45,983 bases of DNA, from assembly GCA_913050645.1 (NCBI GenBank), contig CAJXAG010000001.1, positions 1-45,983 of the forward strand, read 5' to 3'. Numbering within the stretch: position 1 is the stretch's first letter; each line of letters opens with the position of its first letter. The position numbers and the translations under genes were made by a program. The DNA is from an uncultured bacterium (GTDB lineage: Bacteria; Patescibacteriota; Minisyncoccia; Phycocordibacterales; UBA918). The notes under the pieces are model-generated. The model ran no database searches and had not been told where the DNA came from. It worked only from the letters and a program-made list of their open reading frames with translations. Shown here piece after piece: positions 37,819 to 45,713 of this stretch.

Positions 37819-37846
37819 TTGACTTTTTTATCAAAAATGGTATATT
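37819..37846 (+). promoter_or_regulatory. sigma-70-like promoter for the 37879 small gene
   Basis: TTGACT (37819-37824), 16-nt spacer, TATATT (37841-37846). Confidence 0.55.
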
Positions 37847-37878
37847 TGAATAAATTGAACTTTCAGGAGAATGTGAAA

Positions 37879-38189
37879 ATGTCACGTGTGAACGGAACCT
37901 TCCGTATTCTGGGTGAAGATGGATGCATCATACTTGTACCCTTCACAGGAATGCCACTGTTTCCTGCCGGGAGCAATTTTGGCTCTACTGGTATGAGCCG
38001 GACCGTGGTGAAATTGCTATCGAAGACGTCACAATAGCATATTATCACCACTTCGGTCCACTTGGACTAACAGTTTTCTGCACAAGTAAACTAGATATGG
38101 AGAATGTACAGCGTGAAATTTTTGAAGATATCGCAAACGCCGATCAGATGAAAGCAAAAGGCATCATCCACTTTGGAGGCACATGCTGA
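37879..38189 (+). pseudogene. small orphan gene split over two frames (frameshift or sequencing indel)
   Basis: Promoter (37819-37846), AGGAG and ATG 37879 open frame A, which stops at 38037. The overlapping frame one nt back (track ORF 37923..38189) ends just before terminator 38201-38224. The span is 311 nt, not a multiple of 3. Confidence 0.35.
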
Positions 38190-38200
38190 ACAAGACACTA

Positions 38201-38224
38201 AACCCCGCCAAACTGGCGGGGGTT
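38201..38224 (+). terminator. AAACCCCGC...GCGGGGTTT terminator family (copy 4)
   Basis: aaccccgcc-aaact-ggcgggggtt (one bulged g) followed by cttttttat. Confidence 0.6.
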
Positions 38225-38279
38225 CTTTTTTATGCAGGTTTTGGTACGCTTAGCAGAGCAACCAAGAGCGGAGGTTAAT

Positions 38280-38483
38280 ATGTTTGACTCATCTGATGAA
38301 CAACCCTTTGCCGACGTACGTGAAGGTGAACGGGTTTGTGTTGAAAACCTGGTCGGCACACGGACAACTGGGACCATCGAACGTTTTTACAATGGTCCCG
38401 AGGGCGAACGTCGCGCGAGGGTAAAGACAGGAGAAAATGAGTACAAAGACTTTGGTGTTGGTCGCATCGTCGCACGATACTAA
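38280..38483 (+). CDS. hypothetical small protein
   Basis: 67 aa from ATG 38280, with GGAGG at 38270-38274. The ORF track starts at 38232, right at the preceding terminator. A hairpin at 38491-38515 follows. Confidence 0.45.
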   Translation: MFDSSDEQPFADVREGERVCVENLVGTRTTGTIERFYNGPEGERRARVKTGENEYKDFGVGRIVARY

Positions 38484-38490
38484 ACACACT

Positions 38491-38515
38491 ACAGGGGACA
38501 TTGAATGTCCCCTGT
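38491..38515. terminator. hairpin, ACAGGGGACAT stem family (copy 2), between convergent genes
   Basis: acaggggacat-tga-atgtcccctgt. The stem is identical to 9445-9469. Confidence 0.55.
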
Positions 38516-38517
38516 TT

Positions 38518-39240
38518 CTATTTTTTCTTAGCTCGGTATTTTTCGATCTCTTTATGGTGTCCTGATAGGAACACTTTAGGTACTTTGTATTTTTTATCTT
38601 TAAACTTTATTTCATCTGGTCGTGTATACATCTCCCCCGAGCTGACTCGTTCATCTTCAAGCGATTCAAATGTTCCGAGTACTCCAGGTACCTGTCGCGA
38701 AGTTGCATCGATAATCGATAGTGCTGGTAGTTCACCACCAGTCAGGACATAATCGCCTACGCTCACCTCCTCTGCGTTGAGTGCTTTTTTGACACGGTAA
38801 TCAATCCCTTCGTAGCGTCCTGAGATAAGTACGATGTGGTCGTACGTACGTGCGTACGTACGTGCAAGCTTGTTGGTAAATTCAGTTCCTCGTGGAGACA
38901 TAATCAACGTCTTCACCTTTCGTTTATTATGCTTGCGCCCCACTGCCTTTTGCCACGCCTTTAGAATTGGCCCCGCCGCCATCACCATACCTGGCCCACC
39001 TCCATACGGCTTATCATCCACTTTCTTGTGTTTATTGGTAGCAAAATCTCGTGGGTTATAGTAGCTGATGTCGATTTTCTTCCCGCGAACCTTTGCCCCT
39101 TTCCCCTTCTTTGTCTTCTGTGCACGACCCAAAACACTTGCGTCGGTGTACGCTTTGCAAACTTCTGGGAATAAAGTTATTACGTGAAAATGCATCCCAT
39201 TAGTTTTGGTTGCTTTGTTTTTACTTTCTACCTTTTTCAT
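38518..39240 (-). CDS. trmD: tRNA (guanine37-N1)-methyltransferase TrmD
   Basis: PYGGGPGMVM, GRYEGIDYRV and LTGGELPAL motifs. The start is at 39240 or 39195. It carries an RTYARTYDH segment encoded by a CGTACG-based palindrome. Confidence 0.9.
   Translation of the reverse strand: MKKVESKNKATKTNGMHFHVITLFPEVCKAYTDASVLGRAQKTKKGKGAKVRGKKIDISYYNPRDFATNKHKKVDDKPYGGGPGMVMAAGPILKAWQKAVGRKHNKRKVKTLIMSPRGTEFTNKLARTYARTYDHIVLISGRYEGIDYRVKKALNAEEVSVGDYVLTGGELPALSIIDATSRQVPGVLGTFESLEDERVSSGEMYTRPDEIKFKDKKYKVPKVFLSGHHKEIEKYRAKKK
38841..38862. repeat. intragenic palindrome CGTACGTACG-NN-CGTACGTACG (in trmD)
   Basis: The plus strand reads cgtacgtacgtgcgtacgtacg. On the coding strand it is read as RTYARTY followed by DH, as in prmC. 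Confidence 0.8.
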
Positions 39241-39296
39241 AATTGTTTTCAATCCAGTGTCTCTGACATAGAGCAAGAAACTAACAGGACAAGTTT

Positions 39297-39728
39297 TTAT
39301 AGTTTGTCTTTATACTTTTCAATAAAAATCGGAAATTGGGAGTGCATTGGTTCAGGGAAATCTTCAATACGACACCACCGCAACTCTAAACACTTGTCAG
39401 GTTCTGTAATACGAACCTGCTCTGGATCAATCTGTACCAAATGATCAAACTGAATCCAGTGTGTCCTCTTCCCTTCATGCTCACGAAAAACCTCTCGTGT
39501 ACCAATAAACTCAATGTTGATCACATCTGACCCACACTCCTCTTTCACCTCTTTTCGAATCGTTTCTTCAATCGTATCACCAAACTCAATACCACCACTG
39601 CCAATTGGATCCCATCGATTATGTTCATCACGACACGTATCACTACGTAACCCAAGTAGATAGTTACCCTGTCCATCATGACACAGCGTCACTGCAGCGT
39701 TACCAATATGGTCAATTCCTTTCGTCAT
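39297..39728 (-). CDS. NUDIX hydrolase
   Basis: Nudix box GGGIEFGDTIEETIRKEVKEECG. I prefer the start at MTKGID (39728) because the longer ORF runs into the 44-nt palindrome at 39771-39814. Confidence 0.8.
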   Translation of the reverse strand: MTKGIDHIGNAAVTLCHDGQGNYLLGLRSDTCRDEHNRWDPIGSGGIEFGDTIEETIRKEVKEECGSDVINIEFIGTREVFREHEGKRTHWIQFDHLVQIDPEQVRITEPDKCLELRWCRIEDFPEPMHSQFPIFIEKYKDKL

Positions 39729-39770
39729 AGTAAAAAGCGTAGCATAGAAATAACTAAACCAGAACTCAGC

Positions 39771-39814
39771 AGCTCCCCAAAACCTTCCAATCGATTGGAA
39801 GGTTTTGGGGAGCT
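39771..39814. repeat. 44-nt perfect palindrome upstream of the NUDIX gene
   Basis: agctccccaaaaccttccaatc|gattggaaggttttggggagct, with 22 + 22 nt arms and no loop. Confidence 0.7.
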
Positions 39815-39932
39815 CTATGGAAAAGTGCAAACTGAGGAAAGTACCTTAAAAATTCCTCACGCACCCATCTCTGCTATTTTATCCTTAATAATAAAATAAC
39901 AATTACAAAACTCTGCAGTGTAGCGACTGCGG

Positions 39933-39956
39933 AACCTTTCTTTCGAAAGACAGGTT
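39933..39956. repeat. degenerate copy of the AACCTTTC.TTCGAA.GAAAGGTT palindrome
   Basis: aacctttctttcgaaagacaggtt, with one arm mismatch and the same TTCGAA centre. Confidence 0.35.
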
Positions 39957-39968
39957 TTGAGAAGGTCT

Positions 39969-40010
39969 ATAGAAAAAACACAAACTAAAAAATGTTTGTG
40001 CTTTTTCTAT
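39969..40010 (-). terminator. 17-position hairpin downstream of the khpA 3' element
   Basis: atagaaaaaacacaaac / gtttgtgctttttctat. The single A:C mismatch on the plus strand becomes a U:G wobble in minus-strand RNA. Confidence 0.5.
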
Positions 40011-40021
40011 TTTGATAATTT

Positions 40022-40141
40022 GAGAATTTAAAATTAAATGAAGTTCGAGGAAGACAAGAAAATTAATTCGAGACGTACTTAACGTACGATGAGAATTAAT
40101 TTATCGTAGTCTGACAAAGAAATTCGTTAATTTTATTTCTC
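40022..40141 (-). repeat. gene-3'-end structured element (after khpA)
   Basis: cgaggaagacaag-aaattaattc-gag-[cgtac/gtacg]-atga-gaattaattt-atcgtagtctgacaaag. The outer helix has two segments (40022-40037 / 40127-40141) and ends 8 nt from the khpA stop. Confidence 0.6.
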
Positions 40142-40148
40142 AAACGAT

Positions 40149-40508
40149 TTAAATTTTCAGGTCGTCGATGGCCTGATCGAGGTCCTTAGGCTCTGCTGAA
40201 ACTTCCGCCCCTGCGTTATCATCCATTGTCTCTTCTGTTGTATCTGCAGTCATAACGCGACCACCTTCTGGCTCGTTAATCTTCAGATTTACCCGTGCAT
40301 CGTGCTTCATACCCACTACGCGAAGAAGTGTACGAATAGCTTTTGCGGTGTTTCCACTTCGGCCAATAATCTTCCCCATGTCTTCTGCATGGACGTCGAG
40401 TGTCAGTAGGACACCCATTTCATCTACCGTACGGTCAATCTTTACACTGTCAGGATGATCTACGAGAGATTTTACTACTGTTTCTAGAAATTGCTGATCT
40501 TCATGCAT
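40149..40508 (-). CDS. khpA: KH-domain RNA-binding protein (KhpA/YlqC-like) with acidic C-tail
   Basis: MGKIIGRSGNTAKAIRTLL carries the GxxG KH loop. The position directly after rpsP matches the Gram-positive rpsP-ylqC arrangement. Confidence 0.75.
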   Translation of the reverse strand: MHEDQQFLETVVKSLVDHPDSVKIDRTVDEMGVLLTLDVHAEDMGKIIGRSGNTAKAIRTLLRVVGMKHDARVNLKINEPEGGRVMTADTTEETMDDNAGAEVSAEPKDLDQAIDDLKI

Positions 40509-40592
40509 ATGCGTTTAATGTGAGAACTGTTAGTAAGTAACCTACGGACTTCCGTAGTACCACTTATATAGTAGCAAGGGGGCATAAAGCGT

Positions 40593-40628
40593 CAATAGCC
40601 CTACGTGCGAAAGCACGCAGGGCTATTG
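40593..40628 (-). terminator. hairpin after rpsP
   Basis: caatagccctacgtgc-gaaa-gcacgcagggctattg. The single A:C mismatch on the plus strand is a U:G wobble on the minus strand. Confidence 0.55.
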
Positions 40629-40642
40629 TATACAAACAAGAC

Positions 40643-41215
40643 TTACGCCTTATCCTTGTCCTCTTCAGAATCTTCTGAAGCCTCTTCCGCTGGAGTTTCT
40701 TCCGAAACTTCCTCTGCAGGGGCCTCAGCTTCTGCTGGAGCTTCAGCTTCCTTGCCTGCCTCAGAATCTGAAGATTCATCTTCAGATTGTGTGGTAGGTT
40801 CCGCTGCTTCTTCCGACGCAACTTCTTCAGAAGTTGTTTCGGATGAATCTGTAGACTCTACTGCTTCTGCTTCAGCCTTTGCAGCTTCTTCTGCCGCTGC
40901 TTTTTCTTCTGCTTCTTTTGCAAGCGCTTCTTCGTCTACAATAGGTGATTTCTTTGGAAGAGGATTAACCTTCTTCTTATCAATCACTTTTTGTCCGACG
41001 AGAATGTTGTGCACGGTATCTGAAGGCTGCACACCCTTTGAAAGCCAATCCTTAGCCGCATCCACATCAAGCTGAATGTGATCCATCTTTGGGTTGTATG
41101 AACCTAAGATAGCCACGTGCTTGTTGCTCTTTGGGCCAGTTCGCTTATCAGTCACCACAATGCGATAGCTAGGATCGTTTTTGCGGCCGACTCGTTGTAA
41201 TCTCATCATTAACAT
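40643..41215 (-). CDS. rpsP: 30S ribosomal protein S16 with long Glu/Ala-rich C-terminal extension
   Basis: MRLQRVGRKNDPSYRIVV...ILGSYNP matches the S16 core. About 100 extra acidic low-complexity residues follow. Confidence 0.9.
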   Translation of the reverse strand: MLMMRLQRVGRKNDPSYRIVVTDKRTGPKSNKHVAILGSYNPKMDHIQLDVDAAKDWLSKGVQPSDTVHNILVGQKVIDKKKVNPLPKKSPIVDEEALAKEAEEKAAAEEAAKAEAEAVESTDSSETTSEEVASEEAAEPTTQSEDESSDSEAGKEAEAPAEAEAPAEEVSEETPAEEASEDSEEDKDKA

Positions 41216-41257
41216 ACGCGCGCAAGAATACTATATATATGTAGATAAGGCAAGAAG

Positions 41258-41285
41258 AAACACCGCGAGGATCCTCGCGGTGTTT
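41258..41285 (-). terminator. 28-nt perfect palindrome, AACACCGCGAG stem family
   Basis: aaacaccgcgaggatcctcgcggtgttt, directly 3' of gene 41292..41642. Confidence 0.55.
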
Positions 41286-41291
41286 TATAAA

Positions 41292-41642
41292 TCACGTTGC
41301 AACTAAAGCAGAACTCGGCATAGTATCACTGTAGCCGTATTTCCCTGCACCAAATTGTCCGGCATTAGGAGTATCTTTTGTCTCCAGGGCAAGTTGTTCA
41401 AGATCACTCGGCAAAATATCCTGCACAAGAACCACTTCATTCTTTTGCTCAACATATCCGGAACGAGGCGAAGTCGATAGCTCCCTAAGCACTTTTTCTT
41501 CAGCCTCTTTTTTATTCCAAGCTGAAACCAGCCGCACAAACTGATCCTGTTCAACCTTTTGAGCAACTGTTGTCCCTGTAAAACTTACGACACAAACAAA
41601 AGCATGTGGTTTAATCGGATCACCTTCAACCCATGGGCCCAT
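41292..41642 (-). CDS. hypothetical protein (possible paralog of 41910..42245)
   Basis: 116-aa ORF with a purine-rich RBS (AAAGGAAAGAGA) before the ATG. A 28-nt perfect palindromic terminator follows at 41258-41285. Confidence 0.5.
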   Translation of the reverse strand: MGPWVEGDPIKPHAFVCVVSFTGTTVAQKVEQDQFVRLVSAWNKKEAEEKVLRELSTSPRSGYVEQKNEVVLVQDILPSDLEQLALETKDTPNAGQFGAGKYGYSDTMPSSALVAT

Positions 41643-41859
41643 TCTCTTTCCTTTCTTTGCTAGATCAAAACTAACCCAAACATACCACCACCTTTCATTT
41701 TTGCAAGAAGCAAGACACTAGCGTATTTTCTTCCTGTGAGGTCGAAAATACTGAGCGTTTCACCACAGAGAGTATTTCCATTTTTATACTCCTTTCAGTC
41801 GTTAAAAATTAGGTCGCATAAGCGAAATATACTCGCTTTTTAAGCTCGTTATTTTCTTA

Positions 41860-41889
41860 AAAAACACCGCGAGATCTCGCGGTGTTTTT
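41860..41889 (-). terminator. 30-nt perfect palindrome, AACACCGCGAG stem family
   Basis: aaaaacaccgcgagatctcgcggtgttttt, 3' of gene 41910..42245. Confidence 0.55.
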
Positions 41890-41909
41890 AACCTACACAT
41901 TCATTTGAG

Positions 41910-42245
41910 CTATCTTAGAATCTCAAGAAGACGACTCAGTGTCCCTTGTGCTCCAGGATTGCCCAGCGTCGTTGTCATCATTGGTTCATAATCAAGACGT
42001 TTCGTTTCTGGAGCAAAACCAGAAATTACATTCTCGATTGCGACCTCTTGCATCTCTTGCAGACTCATCCGAGCTTTGCCAAACACAACAATGACAGATT
42101 CTTCCTCGTTTACATGCGACACAAAACACACAGCGTGAGACTCAGCAGACTGCTGCCTACCAGCCTCTGCAACCTGTGCGGCTATCTTGCCCTTTGTTTT
42201 GAGTACAACACAAAATGGAAAGAGTGGAAATAACGTATCACCCAT
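41910..42245 (-). CDS. hypothetical protein (possible paralog of 41292..41642)
   Basis: 111-aa ORF with GAAAGGAA before the ATG. A 30-nt perfect palindromic terminator at 41860-41889 has nearly the same sequence as 41258-41285. Confidence 0.5.
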   Translation of the reverse strand: MGDTLFPLFPFCVVLKTKGKIAAQVAEAGRQQSAESHAVCFVSHVNEEESVIVVFGKARMSLQEMQEVAIENVISGFAPETKRLDYEPMMTTTLGNPGAQGTLSRLLEILR

Positions 42246-42340
42246 AAGGCATTCCTTTCATAAAACTAAGCTAACCGCAAAATACTATAACTTTCATACC
42301 TTGTAAAGAGTATGAGATATGCTACTATGCCAACCAATAT

Positions 42341-44287
42341 ATGACTGAAAATAAAAACATTTTTAAAGGTCCGGTGATGGTGCGTGGAAAAGGTACTGGT
42401 TTTTTTGCGATACCTGACGCCCCTGACGACGCAGAAGACATTGTAATCGACACTGCAAACCTTAACTTCGCACTTGATGGCGACGTTGTAAAAGTGGAGG
42501 TACTTCCTAAAATTGGTGGTAAACGCCAAGAAGGAAAAGTACTTGAAGTGCTTGAAGTCACACACACAGAGTTTGTTGGTACTGTGAAGCCTGCCGGAGC
42601 TGGTAAACCACAACGATACTTCCAGCCTGATAACCATCGTATCCACGTGCGACCCGTACTTCCTGACGCTACCGAGCTTGATGACGGCATGAAAGTGGTT
42701 ATTGAGATTGACTCATGGAAGTCTCCGCATGTTGACCCTATTGGGAAAATCACTGAAGTACTTGGAAAAGCAGGAGATCACGAAACAGAAATGCAGGCGA
42801 TCATCCGTTCTGGTGGTTTTTCTGAGAACTTCCCGGAAGAAATCTCAAAGGCAGCACAAGAACTCTACGATAATAAAGACAAGATTTTCTCTGAAGCTAT
42901 TGCCGACCCAAAACGACGAGATATGCGCGGGACACTAACGATGACCATCGACCCTGCTGACGCCAAGGACTTTGACGACGCACTCTCATTTAAGACACTT
43001 GAAAACGGAAACTATGAAATTGGTATTCATATCGCTGACGTATCGCACTATGTAAAAGAAGGGCAACCTATCGACACTGAAGCACATGAACGTGGGACTT
43101 CTATCTACTTGGTAGATCGTGTAATCCCGATGCTCCCAGAGGTACTTTCTAATGACCTGTGTTCGCTTCGACCAAATGAAGATCGACTTGCCTTCTCTGC
43201 TGTCTTTGAAGTAAACAGTGATGCTGGTGTGGTAGGACAATGGTACGGACAAACCGTTATTCATTCTGACCGACGCTTTTCATACGAGGAAGCGCAAGAA
43301 GCACTTGATACAAAAACAGGTGACTACGTAGAGGAGCTCAGCACCATGATGGACCTTGGACGACTCCTGCGTAAGCGCCGGTACAAGAATGGTGCCATTG
43401 CATTTGAACAACCTGAGGTAAAGTTTGTACTTGATGAGAACGGGAAACCTATCGATGCGGTCACAAAAATCCGTACCGAAACAATGATGATGATCGAGGA
43501 CTACATGCTTCTTGCCAACATGAAGGTTTCAGAACACATCAACACACTTTGTGAAGACTCCGGAAAAGAACCGAACTTTATCTACCGCATCCACGATGTA
43601 CCCGACCCTGAACGCATCGAGGAACTTGCGATCTTTATCCACGCACTTGGATATGAGTTCAATATAAAAGACGGTGTCAACGCTAAGGACATCAATAAAC
43701 TTCTGAAAGACATCGAAGGAAAACCTGAAGAGAACCTTCTGAAGGTAGCAACCATTCGATCCATGGCCAAGGCGGTGTACTCAACAAAGAACATCGGGCA
43801 CTTTGGGCTTGCATTTAAGCATTACACGCACTTCACCTCCCCGATTCGTCGATACCCTGATCTTATGGCACACCGAATGCTCCGTAAGCACTTAGACGGT
43901 TCAACGATCGGGCCAAAAGAAATCGTAAAGCACGAACGTACCGCCGTACACGCTTCAGAACGCGAAATGTATGCAGTACGCGCAGAACGAGAATCAGTCA
44001 AGTACAAGCAAGTTGAATACATGCTTGATAAAATTGGAGAAGAGTTTGACGGAATCATCACTGGCGTCACCGACTGGGGCATTTATGTCGAGGAAAAGAA
44101 CTCAAAGGCGGAAGGTATGATTCGTCTCGGCAGCATCAAAGGAGACTACTTCACCCACGAAGCAAGCAAGTACCGGGTCAAGGGAGACAAGACCGGTACG
44201 ACCTATGCACTCGGGCAAGAAATACGTATCAAACTGGTACGGGCTGATTTGGCAGAAAAACAAATCGACTACGAGCTCATAAAATAA
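42341..44287 (+). CDS. rnr: ribonuclease R (RNB-family 3'-5' exoribonuclease)
   Basis: 648 aa. The RNB catalytic block is IDPADAKDFDDALS, with a C-terminal S1-like domain (FDGIITGVTDWGIYVEE). Confidence 0.92.
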   Translation: MTENKNIFKGPVMVRGKGTGFFAIPDAPDDAEDIVIDTANLNFALDGDVVKVEVLPKIGGKRQEGKVLEVLEVTHTEFVGTVKPAGAGKPQRYFQPDNHRIHVRPVLPDATELDDGMKVVIEIDSWKSPHVDPIGKITEVLGKAGDHETEMQAIIRSGGFSENFPEEISKAAQELYDNKDKIFSEAIADPKRRDMRGTLTMTIDPADAKDFDDALSFKTLENGNYEIGIHIADVSHYVKEGQPIDTEAHERGTSIYLVDRVIPMLPEVLSNDLCSLRPNEDRLAFSAVFEVNSDAGVVGQWYGQTVIHSDRRFSYEEAQEALDTKTGDYVEELSTMMDLGRLLRKRRYKNGAIAFEQPEVKFVLDENGKPIDAVTKIRTETMMMIEDYMLLANMKVSEHINTLCEDSGKEPNFIYRIHDVPDPERIEELAIFIHALGYEFNIKDGVNAKDINKLLKDIEGKPEENLLKVATIRSMAKAVYSTKNIGHFGLAFKHYTHFTSPIRRYPDLMAHRMLRKHLDGSTIGPKEIVKHERTAVHASEREMYAVRAERESVKYKQVEYMLDKIGEEFDGIITGVTDWGIYVEEKNSKAEGMIRLGSIKGDYFTHEASKYRVKGDKTGTTYALGQEIRIKLVRADLAEKQIDYELIK

Positions 44288-44320
44288 TAGAAAAGACGTG
44301 TCATGCACGTCTTTTCTATT
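44286..44320. terminator. bidirectional terminator overlapping both stop codons (rnr / SLT-like gene)
   Basis: aatagaaaagacgtg-tcatg-cacgtcttttctatt, a 15-bp perfect stem. Confidence 0.6.
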
Positions 44321-45713
44321 AGGTTTTGAGTGCCTCAGTCACTCCTGCGATAGAAAAGAAATACGCTTGTGCATCAGGGCCATATTGTTGTGTATATTGA
44401 TTTACATCACAATCTTTTGCAAAGTGCGTAAATGCTCGAAATAAATCATACCCCACTGGCTCACCTGCCATTTCACGTAACTCTTCATCTGTGTATGCAT
44501 CTACCAGCGCATGGAGGCATGCACCAATAGTCCAAGAGCCCGCATTGTATGCATTTATCATACATGGAACGAGGAAATGCTTTTGCCACAACTGCTCACC
44601 CTCTTGTCCTTCTCCAAACAATGCACGTAATCGTTCATACGTTTCTGGGCGCTCCCGACGCACAGTACCACCCCCTTCCTGCGGCACAATTTCATTCTGC
44701 ATCCAATGCCGGACACGTGTATAAATATTTGAAAAATGCTTTCCTGCCACATCTACTTCTTCCCTAAATGAAAGTCGGCGCTCAGGATCGTAGCCATTCT
44801 CTTCCCGCACATCATCCTTCAGCTGCATAACACCCTCTGCGGTCACACTGTTTTTCGGGAGCCCTGCATTAAACCGCGACTCTTGAGCTGCAAGCCCCAC
44901 CACAAAACCACGCAGCTCATCTTGTACCAGTTGCGGCACACGATTGTGAAACTCTATCTCCTGTTCTAAGTACTCAGACCGCGTGCGCTCCTGTCTGTCT
45001 CCACGAACCATCTTCTCTGGATTCATGCCATAGTACTGTACAACGTCAACCATAGTCTCTATACCATTACCACCGTTGACTGCGTCGAGAATACTCTGCG
45101 CAAGTTCCGGCTCGTCATCGGCCCGAGACACTGCACTTTCAAATTCTTGAGTAACATTACGTTGAGATATTTCATCCGTTGAAACATCATACTCACGTGC
45201 ATGCCTTGCCTCCACATACCGTAACCACTCACCTGCGATATTACCTGCAAGCATACCAGAATCATCAAGCCCACCCGGAGCTAATAAATAATCAAACTCC
45301 TCAGGTTGACCATCGGCACCTGTGCGAGTTCGCTGTACAATAAAATTCTCGAAATCAACCACCTGCCCCACTGGTGCACCAGACTCATCCACAAACAACA
45401 CTTGGTCATACCGCAATTCCCACCACCTTTGCCAACCAAGTCGTTCTCTCTCGAACGATTCGCTACTTGGCAATACTTCTACCGACTCCATCTCTGACTC
45501 AGACATAGCTTCTTCTCGATCCTCACTCTCCTTTAAAAAAGCAGTTCCCACAACCCCTCCTAGAGCTCCTGCAGTCATCGCGCTACTTGCGGCACCACGC
45601 AAAAAACCCCGACGTGTCATTGTCTTCGGTTTTTTCTGTACAGTTTCTTTTTTACGCTTACGTTCGTAAGTCGGATACCCTGCGTTATTCATTCCTGATT
45701 GCTCAAACGCCAT
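44319..45713 (-). CDS. Tat-signal secreted protein with lytic-transglycosylase (SLT)-like domain
   Basis: The twin-arginine segment is TRRGFLRGAASSAMTAGAL. AAQESRFN...AEGVMQL resembles the SLT catalytic Glu-Ser and GLMQ motifs. The remainder is unrecognised. Confidence 0.55.
   Translation of the reverse strand: MAFEQSGMNNAGYPTYERKRKKETVQKKPKTMTRRGFLRGAASSAMTAGALGGVVGTAFLKESEDREEAMSESEMESVEVLPSSESFERERLGWQRWWELRYDQVLFVDESGAPVGQVVDFENFIVQRTRTGADGQPEEFDYLLAPGGLDDSGMLAGNIAGEWLRYVEARHAREYDVSTDEISQRNVTQEFESAVSRADDEPELAQSILDAVNGGNGIETMVDVVQYYGMNPEKMVRGDRQERTRSEYLEQEIEFHNRVPQLVQDELRGFVVGLAAQESRFNAGLPKNSVTAEGVMQLKDDVREENGYDPERRLSFREEVDVAGKHFSNIYTRVRHWMQNEIVPQEGGGTVRRERPETYERLRALFGEGQEGEQLWQKHFLVPCMINAYNAGSWTIGACLHALVDAYTDEELREMAGEPVGYDLFRAFTHFAKDCDVNQYTQQYGPDAQAYFFSIAGVTEALKT

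Noticed and set aside
37950-38037. Programmed -1 ribosomal frameshift joining the two frames of the 37879-38189 gene.
   Set aside because: I found no X XXY YYZ slippery heptamer in the upstream frame within the overlap zone, and no obvious downstream stimulatory structure. A 1-nt indel (real or a sequencing error) is the simpler explanation.
40605-41075. A 156-aa Ser/Ala-rich ORF on the + strand.
   Set aside because: It is the antisense shadow of the Glu/Ala-rich C-terminal tail of S16 (GAA/GCT-rich repeats read backwards). It has no start signals and spans the rpsP terminator.
41695-41781. A 28-codon minus-strand ORF with a strong AAAGGAG RBS, considered as a gene call.
   Set aside because: It is too short and unsupported to list as a feature. 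It is mentioned only as a possibility in the finding on the tandem small genes.
42266-42753. Two overlapping minus-strand ORFs (126 and 142 aa) at the 5' end of rnr.
   Set aside because: They overlap the well-supported rnr coding region and its upstream region. They have an implausible composition and no RBS.
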